In this document: positions 13,940-26,680 of the stretch, in pieces
How the letters are laid out: each line of letters opens with the position of its first letter
How positions within the stretch are numbered: the stretch's first letter is position 1
Source: Mobula hypostoma
Taxonomy: Eukaryota
DNA length: 64,000 nt
Assembly: GCF_963921235.1 (NCBI RefSeq)
Contig: NC_086108.1
Span: 7,750,001-7,814,000, forward strand
Direction: 5' to 3'
Notes under the pieces: model-generated
Database searches by the model: none
Told to the model about the DNA's origin: nothing
The model's input: only the letters and a program-made list of their open reading frames with translations
Made by a program: the position numbers and the translations under genes

Positions 13940-14540
13940 CTTGGTCAGACCCCACTTAGAGTACTGTATTCATTTCTGGTCACTTCAGAAATGTATTAAT
14001 TTCTGTTCACCTGCAGGTCACCTCACTACAAGAAGCATATAGATACTATAGAGTGAGTGCAGAGGAGATTTACAAGGATGTTGCCTGGATTGGAGGACGT
14101 AACTTAAGAGTATAGGTTGAGTATACTTGGCTTTTTCTCCTTGGAGCAAAGGAGGATGACAGGTGACCTGATAAAGGTGTATAAGATGATGAGAAGCATT
14201 AATCGTGCGGATAGCCAAAGGCTTTTTCCCAGGGCCGAAAGGCTAACACGAGGGGGCATAGTTTTTAAGGTGCTTGGAAATAGGTACTGAGGGGATGTCA
14301 GGGGTAAGTTTTTTTTAATTACACAGAGAGTGGTGGGTGCGTGGATGGACTGCCAGCAGCAGTGGTAGAAGCAGATACAACTTGGCTTTTTAAGAGCCTC
14401 TCAGGTAGGTACATGGAGCTTAGGAAAAATAGAGGGCTACGTGCTAGGGAAATTCTAGGTAGTCTCTAGAGTAGGTTACATGGTCAGTTCAACATTGTGG
14501 GCCAAAGGGCCTGTAATGTGCTGTAAATTTCTATGTTCTA
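13940..14540 (+). repeat. CR1 3' end
   Basis: Homologous to the CR1-a 3' region; tail ttctatgttcta. Confidence 0.85.
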
Positions 14541-14836
14541 AACCCTAATGCAAGGAATCGTCAGTTTACAATGAAACAGCAGTTGGCCATTCAGCCCATC
14601 AGCCCTGTTTCATCATGAAGTTCATGCCCAATCCTTGACAATTACATATGACAATGACAATCCCAGATTTGACACTAGGAAGACCCTCAAGGGGAGCATA
14701 CCTTTACTCTATCAGAAAGCAATAGGAATAAGCTGGTGATCTTCAGGTCAGAAGGGTGGAGATTTGTCTCTACTAAAGGAGATGAAAGGTGCTCCTTCCC
14801 TCCGTTCGCCTGCAGGTCACTCTTGAGCAAGGTGTA

Positions 14837-16859
14837 AACCACTAACCAATAAAAATCTACCATTCGGATCAGAGATAATATCCTGTTGTATAAAAGTAAC
14901 TGAGGAATCTATAAAAATAGAGACGCCTCGAATCTTAGCATTGGAGTTCGAATGAAATTGTTGTCCCTTCCAGAATTTGAAAAAACGTAGTCTGTCCCCC
15001 CTCCGTACATGGGTCTCTTGTAAAAATAAAATTTGTGCTTTAAGTCTCCGGAACACTTTAAAAACTTTTTTTCTTTTAATAGGATGATTAAGACCATTAG
15101 TATTCCAGGAGACAAAATTAATAATAGACTCCATAAATCCTAAAGTCAACCCACAACAAGGAGGATTGACAATAGGCGCGACCCACAAACCCGGAGAGGA
15201 AACAGAACATACAAAAGATACCGGGGAAAAGGACGCAACCAGTACTTCAATAATGTATATAGCCCAAAGAAAAACAAACTAAAACGTGAAGCCCCTCCCG
15301 CCACCCCCCAGCCCAAGACCCCAAGGCAAAATCTAAAGCAGACCCGCCAGAAAGAAGCAAGCGCTAAAACTACCCCCATGACTTCCGGTATACGCTCCCT
15401 AAAAAAAAGGTATAAATATGAAAAGGATCAGCTAATTGTAAAACAGTAAAAAAATAAGTAAAAAAAAGTTAGCTCAATTAGAATACACACAGAACAGAAC
15501 AAAAGCCGGAAAATATATATTAAAAAAAAACCACAATAAACCTCAAACTCATGAATAGACACAGCAACAAAAAAAATAGGATTATTAACATAAAGTGATT
15601 ATAAAAAGCAAAACAGAATAAAATTTAAACAAAAACTACAAAATTTAAGGCCGCACAGGAAATACGTAAGATGACAAAAGGGAAGTAACCACCCAGAATC
15701 CCCTGGGAAAAGAAAGAAATGACGCAGTTAAAAAGAAAGTTTAGTAGCCATATTAAGAAATCAAAAGTAAACTTTTCTGCCCAAATAGGGCACAGAAAAG
15801 TTAAAACCAACCAATTCACAGCCTCCGATCGACGGAAAAAATTTAAAAGAAAGCAATTAAGATGTTGGAGATGAAAGTTGATCCAGATAACTCTGGGCAT
15901 CCGATGGAGAATCAAAAAAACGAAGGGCTCCATCTGACATGCGAATCCTTAGACGTGCAGGGTACAGCAGCGCTGGTCTTAAATCCCTCTTATAGAATTC
16001 CGACATCACGGATCTGTAACGGACCCGTTGGTCCCAGATTGGTTTACTGAAATCTTCCACGAATCGGAACTTAAGATCCGAAAAATCAATGAAACCTTTA
16101 GATCGAGCGAATCGAAACAGTCTCTCCTTGTCTTGAAAGTAATGAAAACGTAAGATAACATGCCTAGGTCTATCTGACCTAGACGAGTATGATGGGATTC
16201 TGTGAACACGATCCAGTAGCGGTGGTTGGTCAGGAAATACAGTAGGGAATGCATCTTTTAAAAGTTGGGAGAAATATTTCATGGGGTTGTTACCTTCAAC
16301 GGCTTCCCTCACGCCAATCATTCGTAAATTCTGCCGTCGCATTCTAGATTCCAAGTCAGAGTTTTTAAAAGTCAAAAAGTCAAGTTTCTTCTTCATTACA
16401 TTAATTGTTTCTTCGATTTTCCCCATCTTAAGCTCACTTTGTTGCGCGAATTTTTGAAGATCAGATATAGCCGACTGATGTTCCGCAATACATGTTTGCA
16501 TCTTATCAATTAAATCGGCAATTTTCTGGAAATTAGTTGAGATTTTAATAGAGCATCAATTTCTTTAATACTAAAGAAGGATAAAGACCCTGCTCAATGT
16601 GCATCTTATAGACCAATATCTTTATTAAATGTTGATTCTAAAGTTTTTTCTAAGTTATTAGCAAATAGACTAGAAAAAGTACTTCCTTCTATTATTTCGG
16701 AAGACCAAACGGGTTTTATTAAAGGTCGTTACTCTTTTTATAATATTCGTACATTGTTAAATATCGTTTATACTCCCTCACAAAATGTTCCTGAGTGTGT
16801 TATTTCTTTAGATGCCGAGAAAGCTTTTGATAGAGTAGAATGGCCTTATTTATTTAAGG
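14837..16859. mobile_element. Inverted, internally deleted, tail-less L1 fragment (L1-c)
   Basis: 13-bp TSD tgagcaaggtgta at 14824-14836 and 16860-16872; minus part has ORF1 C-terminal two-thirds and ORF2 start; plus part (~16543-16859) encodes an RT segment ASISLILKKDKD...DAEKAFDRVEW. Confidence 0.92.
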
Positions 16860-17059
16860 TGAGCAAGGTGTAGCACCTGCTTAGCCCCACCAGTAGGGAC
16901 CTAGCTGTTTATAAACAATACTGTTCATTTTGCTGTGAGGATAACATGTAATATATTTGAGTACGTTAACTAACAAATCAAAGCAAAGTGGTAGTGTGGT
17001 CTGTGAAATAGATGCAAAGAGGATTTTTTTTTTAATTAAATGTTAGAAATACTCCTAAA

Positions 17060-17330
17060 CCTAAGAGATACTGTAGATACTGGAAATCCAGAGCAATGCA
17101 CACACAAAATGCCAGTGGAACTCAACAGGTCTGGCAGCATCCATGGAGAGGAATAAATAGTTGAAGTTTCAGACCGAGACCCTTCATCAGGACTGGAAAG
17201 GAAGGGGGCAGAAGCCAGAAGTAGAAGATTTTGGGGGGGGGGGGAGAGAGCTAAAGAGGGAGAAGTACAAGCTGACAGATGACAGGTGAGGGGAAAGGTG
17301 GGTGCCTGATGGGGGAGGGAGTGGAGTAAG
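17060..17330 (-). mobile_element. Penelope-like terminal region fragment
   Basis: Same gatgctgccagacctg..gagttcc..gcattttgtgtg module and hammerhead motif as the other copies. Confidence 0.75.
17158..17195 (-). ncRNA. Hammerhead motif, degenerate copy
   Basis: Minus strand reads cagtc-CTGATGA-agggtctcggtct-GAAA-cttc-aacta. Confidence 0.65.
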
Positions 17331-17489
17331 AAACAGGAAGGAAAACAAGTAGAAATATTCAGCATGTCAAACAGCAGCTTTTGCATGATATTCGCTTTTC
17401 TCTCAATTGTCTACTCTCAACCCAAAGCTATTTTTTTTCCAGAGCAACACACATATTACAGTTAAGATACGAGCAAGAATAAAGCTGTG

Positions 17490-17940
17490 GCTGATTGCCA
17501 GAAAGCAAAGAGTGGGAAAGAGCCTTTTCAGGTTGGCTGCAGACCAGTGATGTTCCAAAAGGGTCTGCACTGGGACAGATTCTTTTCACATTATACGTCA
17601 ATTATTTAGATGATGGAATTGGTGGCTTTGTAGAAATGTTTGCCGACGATATGGAGGAAGGTGGAGGGACAGGTAGTTTTGAGGAAGTAGAGAGGCTACG
17701 GAAGGACTTAAACAGATTAGGACAATGGGCAAAGAAATTGTAAATGGAACACAGTGTAGGGAAGTGTACGGTTATGCACTTTGGTTGAAGAAATAAAATG
17801 GTTGACTATTTTCTAAATAGAGAGAAAATTCAAAAACCCGAGGCACAAAGGGACTTGGGCGCCCTTGTGCAGGATTCCCTAAAGGTTAATTTTCAGGTTG
17901 AGTCGGTGATGAGGAAGGTAAATACAATGTTAGCATTCAT
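17490..17940 (+). repeat. CR1 RT fragment
   Basis: SDVPKGSALG, FADD and QRDLG motifs. Confidence 0.8.
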
Positions 17941-20900
17941 TTTATTATTAAACATTTTTATTGAAGGAATGACACAATACAGAATACATAATGGATTACA
18001 TTTTCCTTCACTTTGCTTTTATATCTTACCCCTAAACTAACCTCCCCAAACATACCATGGCAGCTAATGTATTTACAATACAATTCACAAATATAAGTAC
18101 GGACATTTCACAGCCATACCCCCACACTACTTCAAGACGAAGGCCCAGACACATGGACAACATGTCAGATGATTCAAAATACACTCATTACAATTCATCA
18201 ACCACCCTGTGAGGTAAATTATAAGCGTGTTAAAAGGGAGGCAACTTCACAAGTACAATCAAATGCCCTCAACTAGTAGGTAATTAAGACTCCCAAAATA
18301 TGACAAGAAAGGTCCCCATTTCAAATAGAACTTTTTCACATACCCCCTCAAAGTGTATTTAATCTTTTCTAATTTCAGAAAAAACATTAGGTCCTCTAAC
18401 CAAGCAGCAGCAGATGGGGGACTGGCAGATTTCCAGACCAGCAAGATTCTCCTACGGGCCAATAGTGATGTAAATGCAATGATATCTGACTGGCTTGCAT
18501 TTAAAGCCAAAACATTATCTACCACACCAAATACAGCTATAAGCGGGCAAGGTCTCAGTGTCACCCCCAAAATCTCACTGATAATTTTAAAAACCAGTGC
18601 CCAATAGTCATCAAGCTGAGGGCATGACCAAAATGCAGGCACCAAACCAACCGAGGAGAAGGAACACCTGTCACAGCCAGCGTCTGTTCCAGGGTATATG
18701 TCAGCAAGCCTGGCTTTACTTAAATGTACCCTGTGTAAAACTTTAAATTGTATGAGCCCCAGTCTAGCACATGATGACGAGGAATGAACCCTATTCAATC
18801 CTTTTGCCCAATATTCCTCAGCCAGATCCATACCAAGGTCATCCTCCCACCTAGTCTTAGTTTTGTTTAGATCTTGAACTCCCAAAGACATCAGCTGAGA
18901 GCATAGTACAGATATCAGCCCTTTATTATTAAAGCTAAGAGTGAGCTTTTCCCCCACAACAAAGCAGGTGGTAGATCAGGAAAAGAGGGAAATTTTTCCT
19001 TGACAAAGCGGCGTATCTGCAGGTATTTTAAAAAATGATTATGCGGAAGGCCATATTTACTGCACAAGTTATCAAAACTATCAAATATGTTATCAGTGTA
19101 CAAATCCTTAATGCGCATAAGACCGTTCAAACACCATTGTCTAAAAACTGAATCAAGTGTGGAGGGAAGAAAGAGATGGTCTCTACGAATGGGACACAAA
19201 ATTAAACTGATGTGAACTTATAATGGCAGCGAAATTGATTAAAAATTTTGAGGGTGGACAGCGTGGCCGGGTTAGATGTGAATTGAGAGGATTTCAATGG
19301 TAAGGAAGAATACACTAAAGCTGGGAGAGACGAGGAGTGGCAAGACCGTGTCTCAAGCAGGCACCAGTTTATATCTGGCCGGTGAAGCCAAAATAATACC
19401 TTTTGAACGTTCGATGCCCAGTAATAATGAATAAAGCAGGGAAGACCCATTCCACCTACGTCACGACTTCTTTGGAGAATGCGCTTATTAACCCTTGGGA
19501 CCTTATTTTCCCAAATAAAGGAGGTTATAGCTTGGTCAACTGATTTGAAAAATAACTTAGATAAGAAAGCTGGCAAGCACTGGAACAAATAAAGAAATCT
19601 GGGAAGTATAGTCATTTTCACTGATTGAATTCTCCCAGCTATAGTAAGGGGTAAACTGCGCCATCTCTCAAAATCAGCCTTCATTTGGCTAATCTGAGGC
19701 CTGTAGTTAGCTTCAAACAGAGATGTAAAAGAGCGAGTAATGTGAATTCCTAGGTATACAAAACCATCTTGAGATAAAGGAAAAGGCAAAGATTCCTATT
19801 GGATCTGTAGGGCTAAGTTATTAATGGAAAAGCATTTGCTTTTTTGAAAGTTCAGTTTATAGCCAGAGAAGGCTCCAATTTGACCTAATAATGACACAAT
19901 AGCAGGACTGCTACCTGCAGGGTCGCTAACATAAAGTAAGAGGTCATCAGCATATAGGGATACACAGTGTTCCATGTCCCCTCTCCTAACACCTTGAAAT
20001 AATGTAGTTGACTTAAGTGCAATAGAAAGAAGCTCAATTGCAATTGCGAAAAGAAGAGGGGACAATGGGCAGCCTTGGTGCGTGCCACGTGTTAATGGGA
20101 AATAGTCAGATCGAAAATAATTTGTCTGCATACACACTAAAGGCGAGTGATATAATAGCTTAACCCAGGCTACAAATATTCTGCCAAATCCAAATTTCTC
20201 CAAAACACTAAACGAGTATACCCACTCCACTCTATCAAACGCCTTCTCCGCGTCCAAGGAGATAGCAACTTCCGGACTCGGAGAATCACTGGGTGAATAA
20301 ACCACATCTGCCAGTCGACGGATATTAAAAAAAGAATGGCAATTTTCAGTAAAACCTGTTTGATCATCTGAGATTATCTTGGGAAGGGGGTGTTCTAAAC
20401 AGCATGCAAGCACTTTAGCCAAAATTTTCACGTCCACACTCAAAAGTGAGATGGGTCGATATGATCTCCATTAAGTCGGGTCCTTGTCCTTTTTTAAGAA
20501 GTGAAATAGATGCCTGTGAAAGAGTAGGGGTAAGGAACCATTCTCCAAAGGTTACTGAAACACTTCCAGAAGGACCAGTATGAGCTTATCCTTAAATTTC
20601 TTATAAAATTCTATCGGATAACCATCAGGACCTGGGGTCTTACCACTCTGCACAGCCATAATGGCATTATTAATCTCTTCCTGTCCAAGAGCCCGATCTA
20701 AATTCTCCACCTCCTCTGGTTCAAGAGTTGGTATTTCCAAAGTCTCGATAGCCCCATCAATAGCAGATGGTAGAAGGAAGAAAAACTCTCTCTGCCATGA
20801 ACCTCCAGCACCCCAAACTTGCTGATACAGCACCCGACCACAGCCGACTCAGAGTCCGTCTGAAAACTTCAAGCCTCCGACCAGCCCTCCAACACTGAGC

Positions 20901-22723
20901 ACCATCTCTGCTGAGCGCTTCGACCCCAGCCGCCAAGCAACAGGCAAAGCCAAGGATTTGGGGCCTTCCCCTCCGGAGATTCTCGATCGCACAGTACCAG
21001 TGGCAGCGAAACAGGCATTTCAGAAGTTTTTCCAGATGTTCCTCTGTGCTTCTCACGTCCGTCTCCATCAAATCAGGATTGTGCACAGCATCCTACTTAA
21101 CAAATAACAGATATTCATTCCAGAATGGCTGCTGCGCACTGCAATGTGTCTCTTGAATGTGTCAATGTTAGCTGATATATCAACTACAAAATTTCTCATT
21201 GGAAAGCAAAAGTGGGTTAAGCCACCACAGAGGTCGTTCTTTAATGTTTAAAGGAAAACATAGGTCCAGTTTCATGGGCGAGTGATCAGATGTAACTATA
21301 GCAGTGTACTCAATTTGTCTAATCATTGGTATCAAGGAGCTATCTATAAAGAAATAGTCTAGCCTGGAATAGGAGTGGTGAACATGAGAAAAGGAAGAGA
21401 ATTGCCTAACTGATGGATTCAAAAATCTCCAAGGATCCATATAACCATTTTGTTATCTCGACATCAAGGAGGCCTTTGCCATACCAAAAAATGTTCCCTG
21501 AGAGCTAGACCTATCAAGCAGTGGGTCAATAGCACAGTTCAAATCTCCAGAAAAGATTAGCTGGTGCATATTCAGGTTAGGTATTAATGACAAAAGCTTA
21601 TTTACAAAGTGGATGTTGTCCCAATTAAGGGCTTAAACATTTACCAAAATGACAGGTATCTGAAAGAGAGATCCAGAGACTATAATAAAGCGACCATTAG
21701 GGTCACCGATTACATCAGATGGTGTGAACTGCATTCTTTTGGTGATTAATATTGCCACCCCCCTGGACCTACTATTAAATCTGGAATGAAAAACCTGACT
21801 AATCCATGCTTTACGAAGTCTGTAATTGTCTACCACTCTTAAATGTGTCTCTTGTAGACATAGTAGATCTGCTTTTAATTGTTTCAGGTGAGAGAAAACC
21901 TTAGCTCTTTTAACAGGACCATTGAGCCCCTTTACATTCCAAGAAATAAACCTCACAGGGTGGCCTCCATCAGCATTACCCATGTTAACCATATCAAAAG
22001 ACACGCAGGGCCTACAATCCAAAACAGTGTGAGGGCACAAGTTGCACACAACAACGCACAATGAGAAGAAAGTCTGGCCAATCGTAACACACAAAAGAAT
22101 AAACTGCCATGGTAATCCCCCAAAACACTCCCCCGATGCCTTTACACAAACAACAAAAAAACCCAATTAACCCCCGAAACCTGTATCTACCTCCCCAACT
22201 GAGGATGATCGCAGGCAGTACCAAACAAAGAACTTCCAAAGCATTCCCCACACAACTAAACTTTCAATCTATCCAGGGTGGCTCCCCTCCTTAAAATTTA
22301 CACCATCACTTATTCTACCTTTAATATATATAGGCTAAAGATAACACAGGTCAAGCAAAGCATTAAAAACAAAAAAAAACTAGGAAACTAAACGCCCAAG
22401 ACACAAATTCCAAATATTTACATTCCAGAAAATAAACTGGAAAAAATGAACAAAGAAGTGGATTGCGAAAATTAAGTTTGCCTTGGCAGGAGGCCCCTTC
22501 AATGCTGCATGAATAACCTAAAAATAGTCATTGTTCTTCTCGTTTTCTTCTCCCCAGCGCGAATGGTGAAACTCTTTGGCCGCCTCTGGTGTATGGAAAT
22601 AATGCTTTTTACCGTCATGCACGACCCAGAGCTGGGCAGGATACAAGGGGCCGAACCTGACCCCTTTCCCGTAAAGCAGGGATTTCACCTCCTCAAAACC
22701 TGCTCGTTTTTTACCAATCTTTG
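17941..22723 (-). mobile_element. 5'-truncated L1-clade LINE (L1-d), decayed, with non-L1 segment at ~20770-21165
   Basis: ORF1 C-terminus (RFGPLYPAQL) at ~22550-22720, ORF2 fragments SWNVKGLN, SDH, YADD, CDRC; AATAAA plus A-rich tail at ~17941-17962; no TSD found. Confidence 0.9.
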
Positions 22724-23174
22724 ATGGGACTTAATTGAATGACAATTATACAAAGGCCAAGTATTCGGAGGACACACCACAATTAACAGCCCTCAGACGA
22801 TGTCTCCTCGCAAAGTGATGAAACGTTTGCAAGTCATTTGCCAAGATCAGAGAACGACTCAATCCAGCCATCAACCACCCAAGCTACGCACCTTCCCAGT
22901 TATTTCCAAAACAGCCTTAGCATATTAAACATACTCAAGCTTCTTCAATGTAATTAAGCTAATGTAAGCAATTTTAAGCATAAATAAGCAGTCAGCACAA
23001 AAGATATCAACCCTAGCCCATTCCTTTACCTCAACTGCGCAACACAGAATACAACATAGATTTATGGCTCCTACAAAACTCTTGGGCATATGGATGATAG
23101 AAAAATGGAGGACTATGTGGGAGGAAAGGATTAGATTGATCTTAGAATAAAGGTTGGCATAGCATCGTGGGCTG

Positions 23175-23734
23175 TGTTAGATTGAGTTTTTGAGTAGATG
23201 ATCCATTTACACTTAAATGGCTTGGCCACCAGTCTCCTGTTTGACAAAGTACTGTGGATTGAGTTCATTTGTAACATTGCATTTCCTAAAAGCTGTGAAT
23301 ACCAGATGCTGCTGACACCTCTGGGATGAAGTTTACAGGTAGCTTCGAAGACAGCATTATCTATACTTCATAGATATGAATTGTCTTCTATGTTAGCAAG
23401 TAATATGCCAAATAAATGTATTGTGGATTTAACTTGCATTCCTAAAGGCTGTGGATACCAACCCAGACATGTTGGTGTCGGAAGGAAAGGATGAAGTCAG
23501 AAGGTGTGATGTTTTGTATGTAGCTTCAAAAGGAAGCATTGTCTATAACTATTTAAATAGCGATTGCCCTTTGTGTTTAGCATATAAATAGAGCCCACAT
23601 TGGGTTGCAGACCTTTCTACCGAAAGCGTCTCCGTCCGTATAATGCCTGCCGTACCTTGTTGTGTTGAATAAAGAAGCTGCTTTGTATCTACCAGTGACT
23701 CCGTCTCTCCAGTGATTTCATCCACGCTACAACA
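23175..23734 (+). mobile_element. Solo LTR, 560 bp
   Basis: TGTT...AACA termini; 5-bp TSD ggctg/ggccg (23170-23174, 23735-23739); TATAAATA at ~23583 and AATAAA at ~23668; splits a CR1 3'UTR. Confidence 0.88.
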
Positions 23735-23865
23735 GGCCGAAAGGCCTCTACTGTGCTTAGTGTTCTACGCCTATAGGTTGTATTGATATAAGTTGTTCCT
23801 ATTGATAGAATACCAAAGCTCAAAGTACTACCAAACATTGAGGTGATAGAACTTTGCTGGAATAC

Positions 23866-23977
23866 CTGCTGATGATCGAGTAGAGTCAGTGCTTTGACGC
23901 CTGCCAGAATAAGATTTTTGGCCACTTCAGCTCCAAGGCCCTTCATCCCCACCAGCAGCACACGGGAGCCACGTAAC
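23866..23977 (-). CDS. SAE1: SAE1 coding exon 2
   Basis: TTTTCTAG| acceptor and CAG|GTATTC donor; 112 nt; encodes (R)LRGSRVLLVGMKGLGAEVAKNLILAGVKALTLLDHQQ (ThiF/E1 nucleotide-binding region); phase matches exon 1 (92+112=204). Confidence 0.97.
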
Positions 23978-24607
23978 CTAGAAAACAAGTTCAAAGTATT
24001 GTCATTCAACCATACATGTATACACAGCTAAGCGAAACAATATTACTCTGGGACCAAGGTGTAAGACACAATAACTGTATCATAAACAGCACATACAGTA
24101 ATATCGACAAAATAAACAGATTAAAAATGTATTCTGTAGAAGAACAATACTGTGCAGATGTCTCCACATAATTACATCTTTACTTAAGGCAGTCAGAGAC
24201 TTTGTGATAGTGTAAAGCTATTAGCATGACAATAAATTTGCAGGATTTTGTATTATAAACATGAGAAAATGACACATGGCATCCCCTGATTCAAGGTCAA
24301 AGGCAATCTCTTCGACCACTATTCTGTTCAATTAACTTACTATGGACTGGGTAAAGTTAAAATGTCAAATATAATTTTCTTTGAAAGAGTACAGAGAAAA
24401 TTTACAAGGATGTTGCCGGGTCTGGAGGACCTGGGTTATAAGGAAAGATTGAATAGATTAGGACTTTATTCCTTGCAACGTAGAAAATTGAGGGGAGAAT
24501 TGATAAAGGTATACAAAATTATGAAATAAGCTGTAGAGTTGTGAACTCAGCCAGCTCTATCATGAGCACTAGTCTCAGTAGTGTCCAGGACATCTTCAAA
24601 AAGGTGG

Positions 24608-25192
24608 CATAGTCATAGTCATACTTTATTGATCCCGGAGGAAATTGGTTTTCGTTACAGTTGCATCATAAATAATTAAATAGTAATAAAACCATAAATA
24701 ATTAAATAGTAATATGTAAATTATGCCAGGAAATAAGTCCAGGACCAGCCTATTGACTCAGGGTGTCTGACCCTCCAAGGGAGGAGTTGTAAAGTTTGAT
24801 GGCCACAGGCAGGAATGACTTCCTATGACACTCTGTGTTGCATCTCGGTGGAATGAGTCTCTGGCTGAATGTACTCCTGTGTCCAACCAGTACATTATGT
24901 AGTGGATGGGAGACATTGTCCAAGATGGCATGCAACTTGGACAGCATCCTCTTTTCAGACACCACCGTCAGAGAGTCCAGTTCCATCCCCACAACATCAC
25001 TGGCCTTACGAATGAGTTTGTTGATTCTGTTGGTGTCTGCTACCCTCAGCCTGCTGCCCCAGCACACAACAGCAAACATGATAGCACTGGCCACCACAAA
25101 CTCATAGAACATCCTCGGCATCGTCTGGCAGATGTTAAAGGACCTCAGTCTCCTCAGGAAATAGAGACGGCTCTGACCCTTCTTGTAGACAG
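24608..25192 (-). mobile_element. Rex1/Babar-like LINE 3' end with (TGACTA)n tail, nested in an older related fragment (~24525-25440)
   Basis: KKGQSRLYFLRRLRSF...DNVSHPLH...RKSFLPVAIKLYN; the flanking repeat continues across the insert. Confidence 0.8.
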
Positions 25193-25439
25193 CCATCATT
25201 AAGGACCTCCATCACCCAGGAAATGCCCTTTTCTCATTGTTACCATTAGGAAGGAGGTATAGAAGCCTGAAGACACACACTCAATAATTCATGAACAGCT
25301 TCTTCCCCTCTGCCATCAGATTTCTGAATGGACATTGAACCCATGAACACTACCTCACTACTTTTTTCCCTTTTTTGCACCACTTATTTAACTTAATTTC
25401 ATATCAGAACTGTTTTATTATTACGTATTGCAATATTTG

Positions 25440-25795
25440 GGTGGCAAGGTCTGAGGTGCTCCTTCCCTCCGCTAGCCTGCAGGTCACCCTTGGACCAGAT
25501 ATAGCACCTGCTTAGGGACCCCCCCAATCAGGGTCACGTGAAGCCATAGGAGCAAGTGGTGGATGGTCGTACGAGCAGCTGGTTCATATCACAAGTCCTG
25601 GTTACGTGACCACTGACACCAGGCAGACAATCTCTGAAGAGTGTTGATAATGGCTGGGGTCACCCATCTTGTTTGAGACACTGCCAAGAAGGCAATGGCA
25701 AACCACTTCTGCAGAAAAATTTGCCAAGAACAATCATGGTAAGGAAATACTATGATCGCCCACATCACACGACACAGCACATGATGATGATGATT
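25440..25795 (+). mobile_element. Non-autonomous retroelement with (ATG)n tail, probably RTE-related
   Basis: gaaggcaatggcaaaccact motif resembles RTE/BovB 5' sequence; partial copies at ~14755-14836/16860-16890 and ~35337-35420. Confidence 0.6.
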
Positions 25796-26029
25796 GCATT
25801 GTACCGCTGCTGCATAACAAATTTCACAACATATGCCAGTGATGTTAAACCAGGTTCTGATTCTGCTCTGCCTCCATGAAGCCATATTGCTTCTGGTGCG
25901 AATCTGTAATCATGGCATGATACATTTATATAGGAGTGCAGAACAAAGGGGAAAAAATAGCTCAATCAAATCTTTCTTCCAATAATCCTGTTATGTACAA
26001 GATGCATTGACAACAAACAGGCTGAAGTC

Positions 26030-26680
26030 TCCAATATCAAGCTCCTGGGTGTCAGTATCTCTGAGGATCTGTCCTGGGCCCAACATATCAATGCAATTAC
26101 AAAGAGGGCACAACAGTGGCTATATTTCATAAGGAGTTTGAGAAAATTCAGTATGTCACCAAAGACATTCACAAATTTCTACAGATGTACCACGGACAGC
26201 ATTCTAACAGGCTGCAGCACCGTCTGGTATGGGGGGAGGGGGGGAAGAAAGGGGCAACTGCACAGGATTGAAATAAGCTGCAAAAAGTTGTAAAATTAGG
26301 CAGCTCCATCATGGGCATTAGCCTCCGTAGTATCTAGGACATCTTCAAGGAACAATGCCTCAAAAAGTTGCTGTTCATCATTAAGGACCCCCAGCACCCA
26401 GGACATACCCTCTTCTCATTGCTACCATCAGGGAGGAGGTACAGGAGCCTGACTCAGGAACAGCTTCTTTCCATTATTCTGAATGGACATTGAACCCATG
26501 AACACTAGCTCACTACTTTTTTATTTCCATTTTTGGATTACTTATTTAAATTTAGCTATTATATTTACCTACTGTAATTCACATTATTTTTTCTATTATG
26601 TACTGCAACGTACAGCTACTGCAAAGACAATGAATTTCATGACCTATGCCAGTAATACTGAATGTGATTCTGATAAATGA
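26030..26680 (+). repeat. Rex1/L2-like LINE 3' fragment; family recurs at ~29505-30003, 35530-35985 and 57035-57230
   Basis: Recurrent ccatcagggaggaggtacaggagcctga..caggaacagcttctt (LPSGRRYRSL) module. Confidence 0.75.

Noticed and set aside
17925..22740. TSD for L1-d
   Set aside because: No matching flank found and the interrupted CR1 does not resume on the other side.
23689..24009. 106-aa ORF as a standalone gene
   Set aside because: It is SAE1 exon 2 plus open intron sequence; splice sites define the real exon.
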